From Raillietiella orientalis (Eukaryota): 64,000 nt of DNA. The notes under the pieces are model-generated. The model was not told the origin of the DNA. It searched no databases and saw only the letters and a program-made list of their open reading frames with translations. The translations under genes and the position numbers were made by a program. Numbering within the stretch: the first letter of the stretch is position 1; every line of letters begins with the position of its first letter. The DNA is taken from NCBI GenBank assembly GCA_036172245.1, contig JAYWIR010000006.1, positions 434,001-498,000 of the forward strand, given 5' to 3'. This document shows, piece by piece, positions 12,480-24,230 of this stretch.

Positions 12480-13090
12480 CACGATACCTCCGGAGGAGTT
12501 GAAGTGGCTCCCAGAGTCGTAGGGTGGTGGCATCCTTCCCATCCTGAAGTGGCAAGAGACGGCGTTACTGTTGTTATATTGAGGAATCCCATGCAGAGCA
12601 CGCCTCTCTCACTGGATACTTGCGAACGTGGATGCCCCTTGTGCAGAGTGCGACGAAAGGGAAGCCTTCCTGAACCTAATAATAGACCGTGTCGACCTCC
12701 GTGACCTTTGGGATCGACTCTCATTGATCCTCAAAATACCGGAAGGCGACCGTAAAACCATTTTCCGGAACCTCTTCATGCGTGACGCAGCCTGTCCCCA
12801 GCCGCATCTCTAGCGATTCTCTACCATATACGCGGAATCCCGGCAAGCTGGAACGCCAGCAGGAGAGGCCACAATAGCAGGGATGCCATCCATTGGACGC
12901 AAATCTTCTTGAAGACCGTGTCCCTATGGCCCCAACTCCAACAAAAGAATTCAGAGCTTGTCAGCATCCTGAACACGATGCAGAGGACGCCTCGAGGCGA
13001 ATAACGATCCACTCCCCACCCTCCCTTCCCCAAAAAACATTTCCCATCACTCTTTTTCTCTTTTTTGTTTGTTTTTCTTATGGTTTTCCC
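12480..13090 (+). mobile_element. 3' fragment of the same non-LTR family (CCHC finger, T-rich tail)
   Basis: DAPCAECDEREAFLNLIIDRVDLRDLWDRL (12628-12720) is a degenerate C-x2-C...H-x3-DC finger; T-rich tract at 13050-13087. Confidence 0.55.
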
Positions 13091-15502
13091 TCCCTCTTCG
13101 CCGCTGGAGCGGACCTCACGGGTCCGAAATTTGCATTCCGGTTTGGGCAAGTCTTTCGCGCGCTGTAGAACCTAGAGTTCTACCACGATATTGTAAAAAG
13201 TGGCAAATTTATTTTTTGGGATGTGGGAGTCACTCTCCCACATCAGATACCCCCAGGTGGGAAAATGACTCCAGTTATTGATGGGTGCTTTTATTCAAAT
13301 AGAGCAAAAATTCCAAACCATCAACCTGCTGTCTACAAGATGGTTGCATTCATTAATCAGAAGAATGAATTGCTGGAGAATTTTGCACTGGTCGTCTATA
13401 TACGAAAGGTTCATGGTGCTCACCAGCATCATTGTATTATGGTTCGTCGATGGTACACCAAAACAGTTCTTAAAAATTTTAGCGAAAACATTTTCTGCAC
13501 TCATTTACAAATCAAAAATTGCATTCATTGGAGCTGTAGTGCATTGCAACCTAACATGAGATAAAAATGAAAAATAGTTTCCAATAAATTTACTGTAACT
13601 GACTTTCACTTATGCCAATAAATTTCCAAAATTATATAGTTCTGCAAATAATTCTTCTACCCTTCATACTTTTGCTTCATACTTTTGCTTCTATGAATGA
13701 ATGCAACTTGTATTCTGGTGCCTCATTTTAATGAAAATGAATTTAGTAATAATCAAAAAAGGGGTAAATGATTGTGAATTATTTCATTGGCAACTTGTTA
13801 TACCCAGCTGCAACTTGTAATGTTTTCAATAATTGCTGGAAACAAATCATCTTACATTCCTGAAGTTTGTTCTTTTCGATCTTACCTCAGAAACTAAGAA
13901 AGAAGCTTTTATTACACAACGCCAATATTAGATTCAAAATGTAGCTGAGGCTTAAATAATAGATCCAGATGCTAATAGTCCCAGAAAGAAACATCCTTAC
14001 CAAAGTAACGTAAGCATTCTTAGAGGAAATCTCTGGAAATTAAATATGTAGAAATTTCTTTCTGATCCTAAAACAAGCAGCTTGCAACAATGAGGATATC
14101 ATGCCCTGATTTTTTTTTCTAGATTCGAATGCATTAGCTTTAAAAAAAAGATGTTTAGCTTAAGAGTAACATTAGTTTTTTAACGAACGAAATGTCACAA
14201 AATGAAAATTCCACTAAGTAAGTTGTAAAGTTATAAATCACCTTATCAGAAAAAAAAACAATTGGCTACCATTTCATTAATAGATAGTGCTATTATTTCA
14301 GAACTCTTATCTCAGTAATGGCGGCACCCTGAGGACGAAAATTCTGAATATGAAAGAAGTTCTGAAAAGTTTTAGAAACAATTCAATTCAGTGTATGAAG
14401 TTATGAATTGCCATAATCGAGACTCTAGGCCTTTTTTTTTTTACTACAAAAATATGAAACATCCGATTGTATCACTGTTATAAGAAATAAAATGCGATAA
14501 AGAAAGAGGAAATAGATAAGGAGTTTCTGTTTTCGCAGTTCAGAACTCGAAGTCTTTGTAGCTGCAAATTGTCTCATAATGGAGACCAGGCATTCATGGT
14601 TCCATTACAAGAAGAAATGTAACGATATAAAAAGACTATCAAATGAAGATCTCATCTATTGAAATGCATATCAACAGTTGCCCATGATTGGTTCGGTAAA
14701 CAATAAATGTTTCCAGAAATTGTTGCATTTCTTTGCATGAATTGAATGTCAGCAATCAGTATGGAAAACTTCTCCATGTCCGGTTAATTACATTGACCAT
14801 GAGGATGCATCTGCTATTTGATTCGGAAAAATCTACTGCATAAGTAGAAGACTTTCTTTCTTCACTGTTACTATTTTATTGCTAATTCTCAGATAAGCCT
14901 TAACGAATACCTGTTACTGTGGTGTACAGTTGCAAACCTCCTAAAGGAATGCTTTTACTGTTACCTTGAATGAATGAAATTAATTTATATTCTTATTTCA
15001 TATATTTTCTGTAAAAAACAAATATAATGTACCGAACTGCCGTCCCCGATAACTTGTTTTTAATATGTGAAAATTATCTTCAAACAAAAATCTTCAGAAA
15101 CCGCTCTGAAAGCTGGAAACTTTTTGTCATATCATATGTACTACAGATGAAATTTTTGAAACTGTATTTTTTATTTTCGTGTTATTCTGCGCTGCTGTAA
15201 CCATGTAAATACATGTATAATGAAGAGGAATAGACAAATGGTCCTTTAGTTTCGACAGTGCAAATCAGTCGACAAAGGGTCACTTGGGAACACGGGATGC
15301 TTGCGTTTCGCCGGCCTTCGTGCGTAGTATTGAATATATCATGCACATTTCGTTACATTAAATGTATCGTTAAAATCTTATTAGGATTTGTTTATATTAT
15401 TTTAATTATATGTAGTTTAGGAATCAGTAGATAAAAGATCCATAATTATCACTACCTTACGTATGCATTATTTTCAGATGAAATAAGATGAAATTGTAAG
15501 AA

Positions 15503-15715
15503 ATGTACAAGTATAGAAAAGCAACTCTAGTAGACACACTACACCGAAGTGGGGTATATTTCTGCGTTGGTGTAACAGTTGTGAATTTATTCCTGTTTTC
15601 CAAGAGTCTGTATAACTATTTTGCGGGCAAGAGAACCCTCACACAAACATCAGATGTGGAACAAATCGATGCCGAACTGTTAAAAGAAGGCATAGATAAG
15701 GAATCAGCGGCTTAA
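15503..15715 (+). CDS. COX14: Small single-pass membrane protein, cytochrome c oxidase assembly factor COX14-like
   Basis: 70 aa ORF KATLVDTLHRSGVYFCVGVTVVNLFLFSKSLYNYF...ELLKEG: L-x-D-x-x-H-R, one hydrophobic helix, then Y-x-Y-F, as in COX14-family proteins. Probable 5'UTR splice acceptor TTTTCAG ends at 15477. Confidence 0.7.
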   Translation: MYKYRKATLVDTLHRSGVYFCVGVTVVNLFLFSKSLYNYFAGKRTLTQTSDVEQIDAELLKEGIDKESAA

Positions 15716-15734
15716 TAGATGTCAACTTAATAAA

Positions 15735-16331
15735 ATGGTACCTCATATACAAAAATGTTTAACAAGCCTTTGCATTCATCTTAACAAATTGAAGACTAGC
15801 GTGTCTTTTTCTACTGTCAATGCCCACATATGGAAATTGGGAAAGTAAGATTTTAATTAGAAGATTTGAGATTAACTTCACTTTCAAGGCTGAACCATGT
15901 TGCTATTGCAGTACCAGACCTTTCCCAAGCAAGTTCCTTTTATCATGATGTTCTTGGTGCTGAAGTCAGTGATCCTATTGATCTACCTGAACATGGTGTT
16001 ACTACTGTTTTTGTTAATTTGGGAAATACCAAACTTGAACTCTTACATCCTTTAGGATCTGACAGCCCTATTCAGGTTAGAATTGTAGAATATGGGATGT
16101 TTATTTGGAACTATTAGACATTTGCAGGGATTTTTGGACCGTAACAAAACTGGAGGTTTACACCATATATGTTTGGAAGTGAGTAATTTAAAACTTGCCC
16201 AGAAACAAATCTTAGCAAAAGGAATACGGTGTTTGAGTAGTGAACCTCGAATTGGTGCTCATAACAAACCAGTTCTGTTTTTACATCCTAAAGACTGTGG
16301 TGGAGTTCTAGTAGAATTGGAACAAACCTAA
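15735..16331 (+). CDS. MCEE: Methylmalonyl-CoA epimerase, mitochondrial (VOC/glyoxalase fold), 3 exons
   Basis: Exons 15735-15844, 15889-16075, 16128-16331 (introns 44 and 52 nt, GT-AG) give MVPHIQKCLTSLC...HIWKLGKLNHVAIAVPDL...EHGVTTVFVNLGNTKLELLHPLG...GGLHHICLEV...IGAHNKPVLFLHPKDCGGVLVELEQ; metal ligands H, E, H, E present; N-terminus lacks acidic residues, like a presequence. Confidence 0.97.
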
Positions 16332-16367
16332 TTTTAAGTCCATTCTTCATTATATAATCGATACAGG

Positions 16368-16373
16368 AATAAA
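16368..16373 (+). promoter_or_regulatory. Polyadenylation signal for MCEE
   Basis: AATAAA about 36 nt after the MCEE stop, followed by a T-rich tract. Confidence 0.6.
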
Positions 16374-18975
16374 TTTAGAGCTAGACCATCAAGAAATTTT
16401 GTTTCTATTCTTTTTTGAAAAGTTTCTAAGAAGCTTTATTAAGTGCTATTATGAGAATACAGGATTTTTTTAAATATAATAAGGTTTTTTGTGAATAACT
16501 TTTAAAGCAGGTTTTTGTCCATGAGCGTAATTTGAATTTCCACATTATAAGAGTAGCTGATGTGAAATCATCTAAATGCACAATTAAGTTTATCATGTGT
16601 TGACCTTAATATTTCACATCAGTATAATTTTTTTGGTATTTTCAAGTTCATGTTACATCAATTAATTGAATGCATTATTTTACATCGCTTTTCAATGTAG
16701 AGTGCAATATTGATTTCATTTTGTAAGTTTTTAGAGAAATCGATTCATTGAGATTGCCATACATTTAATTGTTTTTTTGAATTGAGCATGACGGACATCC
16801 CAAGTTAAGAATAATTTCGTGCTGAATATAGCACAGTGCTTTCCATCTATTGAATTTTCATATGTACTTTGCATGGCAAAAGATGATTGAAAGATGTACT
16901 TCAGGCTTATTTTGTGTAAGTTACACACTTTGATTACTTAAAACTGTTTTTGGCCATCAGATGATTTATTTACGTGGGCATACAAAAGAGACTGCATAGC
17001 TTGCCACTTATAATTTAAATGTGACTTGTCACCATAGGTATTTGTAGCCCCTCCTGCAGATTACATTATAGTGCATACAATACCAATATGGTACTTTCAG
17101 TGCATACAAATCCTTAGAAATTCAATATGCAGGAAATATTTAGGATTCAAGTTTTTTAGTTCTGAATAAATCGTATTGGAAATAATTTGTATAGCTGTTG
17201 ATTCACCAATAACAAACACATATGAAAATCACCATTGGGACACAGGCTAACCAAAAATGCATAAGCAGGAAAAAATCCAACAAGAAATGCGTATGCAGAG
17301 GTTTTATAGTGTGAATGCTATGAGACCTATTTTCCAAAGTGAATGGGACAAACCTGAAATTTGAACACAGGGAACATGAAATTCAGCTGTTGTTTACACA
17401 ATGGTGAACAAAGCATTTCTCTTGAGTAAATACAAAATCACAAAAAGTGGGTATAACATGCGAGTGCTATCCAATTGTTCATGCCTTCTTTTTTAGTGAT
17501 TCCACTGTTTTCAGGAATTAAAATCTGGCAAGAACTTTAATCATGAACAGTTATTAATGGTAAATAATATCGAGCAGATCTCCATTCAATAAAATTATGA
17601 TGTCCCCAATTCCGACAAGCATTGGGGTGAATTAATTTGTACAAACTTTAAATCTTTCTTTTCTTGCTTTCACCATATTCTGATTTTTCAGTTGTCACTT
17701 CCGTTTTTGGGTTAGGAGGAGCGAGGGTTTATTCCTGCCTGGGCGTATTCGTTCATCTTCAGGAGGATGTGGCGATACGTCCAGGCTGGGACCCTTCCAC
17801 AATTACTGATCCCGATTTCTTTCTTCAATAGGCCTCTTAAGATCACTCATGCCGGTACTCTTCTTCCGGATGTATACATCTTTGCCCTTCTGATCACAAT
17901 TGCTGTGATGAAGAGGGCAAGCGTGGTAAGAACCGGCATGGGTTGTACAGGGGAACGATTCCGGTACCCTGGAACAAGCCCGCCAGAATTTCCATTTTCT
18001 TTCTTCTCTGCAGGCAGGTGACCGCCTTCAGCGCTTGCCAATCCAGGTCGCAGCGTGGGGCAGGTGAACACATGGAGCTGCTTTTCTACCGCTCCACACG
18101 CTTTGCAGAGTCCTTCCTGGATGTTCCCGTTCCAATGCCGCAATATGGAACCACTCAGAATCTCTACGTGATGACACAACAGGAGGTTGTCCTGAGTGTC
18201 CGGGGGAAGGTCATTTCTCATGAGTGCAGTCCCTCCAGCCAGCACATTTGCGTGCTCAAGTCCGTAGTGGCTCGAGGCTGCATCGAGGGCACCGTTATCC
18301 TGGTGTTCTTTGAAGATTTCCCTTTTGATATTGACTTTGGACATCAGCAGCCACGTCTGTTGCAGCAGCCGTTTCTAAAGCTCCTGTGTTCGATGGTTAA
18401 ATTTTCCTTTATGTTCGTAGTTAAGCGATACAGTCGCACATGGTGGAGATTCCCACTAGTGGCGAACTGTTCTCAGTGTTCCATCTTTAATCTTGGCCTC
18501 TTGTAAATCTAGTTTGCAGTCTCCTCGGGAATGGGTACAAATTAAGGTACGCTGTTATCCCTTAGGTAACTTTTTCTTTATTTCAAGATCACTATTACTC
18601 CATATAATATTACCAAACCATGAAGATAAATTCTTCATCATCCACCCCAGACAACATCCTCTCAAAATCTCATCTTATTACCAGAGCCAGCTCTTTTTCC
18701 TATATTTCCTTGCTTCTGGGTATGATCTTGAGTTGGTCAAGTCTCGGCAATGTCTGTTTTCGCTTCCATGTGGGGACGATATTCACCCATTCTCCAGTGG
18801 CCCTATCAACGCAGACATCAGGCCTCTCGAGCTGTTCAACAATCTCGAGTAGGCTGTGTGTGCTGCGAAAGGCCACTCGTCTCAGATCATGGTATGTTCC
18901 ATAATTTGCCGCGCGTCCATGCATTCCAGGAATGCTCTAGCAGCTTCAATCCTGTTCCTTCTTCCTCACGGGGTA

Positions 18976-19770
18976 TCACAGTAGTTGGAGCCTGACCTTC
19001 GGCCTATATTCTTTCCATAAAATTTTTCGTTGTAGATTTTCAATTCCTGTCCGAGTCTTGTTGATTCTGCAGAAGGCAGCTCCGTAGAACACCTTGAGAA
19101 ATAGACCACTATTCCACAAGGTGGCCCTCCGCTGCATATTGAAGTTGACTAGGGTGTACTTATTGGCTTCTTCTTGAATTTTCCCCAGGATTTCCTTCCA
19201 CAAATTTTGCGATGCAGCTGCATCGCCAAGGTGAATACCTAGGTACTTCATATCTTCCGCTACCCGGAATCCCTCCTCTGTCAGGGCGGAGAGATCCAGG
19301 ATTCCTATTGGCAACAGATGACTCTTTCGGGCATTGATTTTCAAACCCAAACCTTTCTGCATACGCTCGACTATACCTAGGAACGCACGCTGATCCTTCT
19401 CTTCCTTTAGGAAGAACAGGAGATCGTCCGCGTACGCCAGGTGAGTCAGCTTCTGATCATCGATGGTAATTCCTTGACAGCAGCTGCTTTTATCAACGAG
19501 TGTGATGCCGCCTTCATTATAACAGGAAAAGCATCGGACTGAGGGCATCGCCTTGGCAAACTCCTCTTTCCATCCGAATGGATGCTGTTTCTAATCCGTT
19601 GATGGAAAACCTTACTTTCTGTTTCTCAAGTGTCCTTTCCACATATTGCAGGAAGTAGCTTGGGAAACCCAGTTTCCTCAAGAGCATCCCGTGATCCACG
19701 GTATCAAAGGTTTTCCCCATATCGGTTAAACCCAGCACCAGGTTTTCACCGATGTATCGGCAATACCAGC
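18976..19770 (-). pseudogene. Reverse transcriptase domain of the L1/Tx1-like element (frameshifted, N-terminal part missing)
   Basis: ORFs 19517-19957 and 18976-19548 carry RT motifs KTFD, QGDALSP, YADD and KYLG across a frameshift. Confidence 0.92.
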
Positions 19771-19771
19771 T

Positions 19772-20589
19772 CGCGTCGGAGGCCTTGTAGTTAAGGCTTC
19801 CGCGCGTGGCACCATGCGTCGCGGGTTCGAATACTCCGCCAGAAACTGACGCCACTGCGTCGTTGGGTTCCGAGTTTCTCCTGCAATGGCTCTGGTTGGC
19901 CGAGACATTCAGGAGGCATTCGTTTAAGCCGGAGGCCCATGATGAAGGCCAGAACAATGGGAGTCGACCTTCGGGTCCTTCCAGGAATCAAGGACTGGGG
20001 AGTTCCCCCTCCGCTCGTGCAACGGAGAGCGGACTTCCCACACCGGGGGGACCCCTCTGGTTCAAGATGGAGCATGAGCCTTCACAGGGACCTCTCCAGT
20101 TGTTTAAAGGAGCGGACTCCCCCCTGTTGCGGGGAACTCTCCGAGTCGTCGCCTTTTCACAGATTGCAAGGAAGCAAGCGATAGCGATTCCCCTGTGGAA
20201 AGCTACGGCGCCCCTTCTGAATTTCGGAAGCGTCCCTTCGGGGTTCTCTTCAGAGAAGTGAACAGAAGCGGTTCCCTTGCGGGTTCCTTCCGGAGAAGAA
20301 ATTCCTACTAGCGGATCCTTTCCGAGTTCCCTTCGGAGAAGATGAATTGGAGAGGACCACTCCCCTTCCGGGGTTCTCCCACCGGAGAGAATGAGGAAGG
20401 AGATTCCCTTCTGGGTTCCCCTTCGGAGACAACCAGGGTGGGAAGTACGATCCCCCCTCCCCAAACGTGAGAGAAACGGACTCTGAGCCTTCCTGGATTC
20501 ATAGGATGGAATCCGCCTTCCGGGATGCCCCCTATCTTGAAGAATAACATGCACTCTCCGCGGGTGGCCTGGAATAGTGTTAAAGAGCC
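19772..20589 (+). mobile_element. tRNA-headed, hairpin-rich SINE-like element, copy 1
   Basis: A-box/D-arm-like GGCCTTGTAGTTAAGGC and B-box GGTTCGAAT at the 5' end; head and tail closely match 50770-51336. Confidence 0.75.
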
Positions 20590-22052
20590 ACGTGCGCCAC
20601 GAGGCACGCGACCGGCTCGTGAGGTACTTAGATTACCAAAACAAAGTCTGCGACTCTTCCGATGGTGGCCTGGGCACACTTCACGTTTGCAGACATGCAG
20701 CGTCCGGGCACCGTACACGTCTGCGTAGGAGAAAGAATCGTTGGCATCGTCATGTTTAAGCGGTTGGCCCAAATCTTCGCCAACCATTTGGCATCTGTAT
20801 TGACATACTAAACTACTGTGTAATGCATGTCCCGATGTACACTTCAAGACACAATGCAATCGTGCTGAAACAGCAAGCAGTCGTCACAAAGGTCGGAGGA
20901 TGCAAGCTAGTATCAGTGGACCAAAGGATACCTGGAGTGGACTCCCTGTTGAGGACCAGATCTCGTCTTTAAGAAATATGTCAAGTGCATTATAGTGTAC
21001 GTTACTTGTCCATTCAAAGGCAAGGAAGCGTTCACGGAAGAAAGAAGGAAAAAGGAAGAAAAATATGAAAATCTAATCCACAGCATGGACCAGACCGGCA
21101 AAACTGCCACCATGCACGTTTTTATTGCGGGAGCCTTAGGATCGTGGGATCCAATAACGATAGCCTGCTGAGAATACTAGGAATAAGGAAAACCATGAGA
21201 GAAAAATAAGAAAACTGTCTGTATCCTGCTGCATAAGAGCAAGCAGGGTCATCACTGGATGCACAGACTGGGACATCCACGCGACGATGCAAGCGACCCC
21301 ATCCGCTACATAATGAAGGAGAGACAACGCAGAGACCAGTCTACTATCGACTAAACAGCAGCTCATCAATCATCATGGAAAAGCTGGAAGTGCAGGCAGA
21401 GCCAGAGAGAATGATTATGCACATGTAAAAAGAATTAATTTAATGAAAAGATGGGCCGCCATTGGGCGACTTCCATTAAGTCTCCTCCTTTTGGCAGCAG
21501 TTTCATCCTTCCCTCATGAAACGATCTCGGGAGCTTCCTTCCAAGTGGAGCGTTAGCTCCTGGAACAAACGCAGGTAGTCATGCATATAGCGCTGGTAGT
21601 GTTTGATTGGAACACTAACAGGACCTGCCGCCACGTCCTGTCGCAGTCCTGCGAACGTGTTCTTCACTCCTTCAACAGAAATGGCCTGTTGAAGTCTTTC
21701 TTGATGTTGCCTTTTCACTCTTGAGTGCAAGTACTGCAAGGCATTCGTTTGTTCTGATGGGCACAAATCCTGTCTTCGGGAGTGTGAGGCATAATGGTGG
21801 TAGAAGGCCTCCGCATTTCCTTCCGACGTGTGCCGAACTCGGTCTTCGTACCGTATGTGGAAAACATCGGTGGCAATGTTTCTTTTTTCCAGTACGCTAA
21901 CTTCTTTAACGTTCTTGAAGACGTACCGACTCTCCTACTGTTTCCAATACTTCGAGAGCGAGCGATCTTGGATACTGAGCTCCCGGTGTGCCTCCATTCT
22001 CCTCTTCCTGTCGCCAAACTGCAGGTTGATGGATAGTACATTTCAATCTGTC

Positions 22053-22810
22053 TCAGTCTGCGACTCTGCGGATGTTAGTGTCCCGTAGAATCGTCTCGAT
22101 GAGATCCTGGTGACAGGGATGCGACTCAAACCAGGCTGGCATTCTAATAAGCGCAGCCCTTGCGCCTGCCTTCCTCCGAGGATTTTCAGTTCGCAACGTG
22201 AACCGCAGCAGAGGATGATCCGAGAGCAAGGATGGGACGTCTCGGAATTCCTGCACACGATTCGCAATGTCCTGACTGTAGAGGACATGGTCTATCGGTT
22301 TGTGGCTCTCCGTGAGCCACTGCAGCTGTCGATAGGTCCTTCTTTCCCAAGCGTCTTTGGACTGAGTGATGTTGTCCAATATATTCAGGTCTCCCATAAT
22401 GAGCACGACGTTCTTTGCCTCAGCCTTAGTTCGCAGCAGTGCCTGCGCGGCTTCCGCACAGCGATGTTTGCCTCGGGGTGGCCTGTATACCAGGAACAGG
22501 TGGACGTTTCCGAACCAGGACATGCGCACTCCGATTATTCGGCCTGGCCACGAAGAGAAGGTTTCCAAAATGGTGTACGCGATCTCGTTTTTCACGAGTA
22601 TCTCCTTTGTAGCTACTCCTTTGGTCCTTTTCTGGCCCACGCTCAGAAACAGCTGGACAACCAATCGTAGCTCGAGCTCCAGGATGGCCTGGTGCCCGAG
22701 GTCGTGGGTTTCCTGCAGGCGTACGATGTGGTCACGCTCGATCGTTCGCGTGACCAGCCGTCGTTTTTCCTGGTTCTACAACCCGTTTACATTCCAGGAA
22801 GCAACTTTAA
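22053..22810 (-). pseudogene. APE-type endonuclease domain of the L1/Tx1-like element
   Basis: SWNVNG, LQET, GVA, VYRP, GDLN, IDH and SDH motifs in order, with an in-frame stop and a frameshift. Confidence 0.9.
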
Positions 22811-23073
22811 TGCTCCTGGCAGACGACAGGAAAGAAGCCATTGGTCTCCACGTCCCTTTTTTGTTCTTTTTCTTTTGCTCCGGGGAACTGACTATTTTCC
22901 TTTCGGATGACAGTCTCTCGTTTCTAAGTTTTTCGTTTTTTGAAGTTGGTACGCTGCTCTAGTCATTTTCCTTCTGGAGAGTGTTTCTTGTTCGCAAATC
23001 TTCAATTTTATTTCACCTACTTTTTCTTCCATTTTGTACTTTAGCTTTTCTTTTCGACCAAGTATTTTTGTAT

Positions 23074-24230
23074 TTAATCCTGCAGCTCAGCAAGGCGGAG
23101 TGCATACTTTGCGCGCTCCACCTCCGTGTTATTGAGACCAATCTTTTCCGCGAGTATTACCACTTCCTGCAAATACTCTGCGGCCTTCTGTTTTTCAGTC
23201 TCGGTAGCGAAACATTCTTGTTCCTTCTCTACTGTCGGAATAGAAAGATCCCCTACCGTCACTTGTGGCTTCCTCCGTTGTTGAGGTTTCTTCTTCCGGT
23301 GTTGCTGTTTTTGCGGAGGTTCAGCAATGCATGGAACCTCCCCTTGCTGTTCTGCTTCCCTTTTTCTCCTTTTCTTCACCTCCGTTAGAGGTGGTAGGCC
23401 TCTAGCCACCAACGAGTCCGAATATGTTTCACATTCCTTCTTTAGGTGGCCTTCCATCTTACATTGTGGGGGTCTATTGCATTTTTTAATGGAATGACCG
23501 CTTTGCCCGCATCTAAAACATTTTGCCTTGGAGCAGGCACCTACTCTGTGTCCAAACTCCCTGCATCCTACACGGAAAATTGGTTGCATCCTATACCGCA
23601 CCTTGACATCCTGAGAGGATTGCTCGATGGCTACGATGCCTGGGATTTTGGCATCAACAAACAGCTTCACCCGAACCCTTGCTTCCCCTGCAAATATTTC
23701 CTCCATATGGTTGCGAAAAGCAACCTCTTGTATTTCTCCACACTGGGAAAAGAATTCCCATGCCGTTTATTTTGTTGTATTGCAGTGTATCCCGGTGAGA
23801 TGGACCGCCGTGTTGGTCAGCTCTCCGAGGCCCCTCAACCTTCTACCGTTTAGCGTGATTCCATGTTCTATTAGGAATTCTCGTAACTCCTCGTCTGGGG
23901 TGTACACTGCAAACCTCGTTGCCGAGGAGGAGATTGCCTTTATCTTGTTGAAACCGATATTCAGCTTATGAGAAGCCACGTGCACTCCTCGCACATTCGC
24001 AAGACGTAGTGCTCAAGGAGTGAGCGTCTTAAAGGAGACCTGCTTTACATCTTGGTCAACCTTTCAAACTGGCTCATCCTCCTTGTCCACTCAGACCTGG
24101 ATACTGCGTGTTTCTCGAGGGCTGGGGCCGCAGCTGCCACCACTGCGTTGTTTAATAGTGGTGTCGGGTCCCCTAATGCTCCTGCCAGAGCTTCCTCCTT
24201 AGAGGGGCCTGGTTTGCCCAATTCCATGGG
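23074..24230 (-). pseudogene. ORF1 (gag-like zinc-knuckle protein) of the L1/Tx1-like element
   Basis: Broken ORFs 24045-24254, 23767-23994 and 23074-23706; three knuckles, one intact CX2CX4HX4C. Confidence 0.85.
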
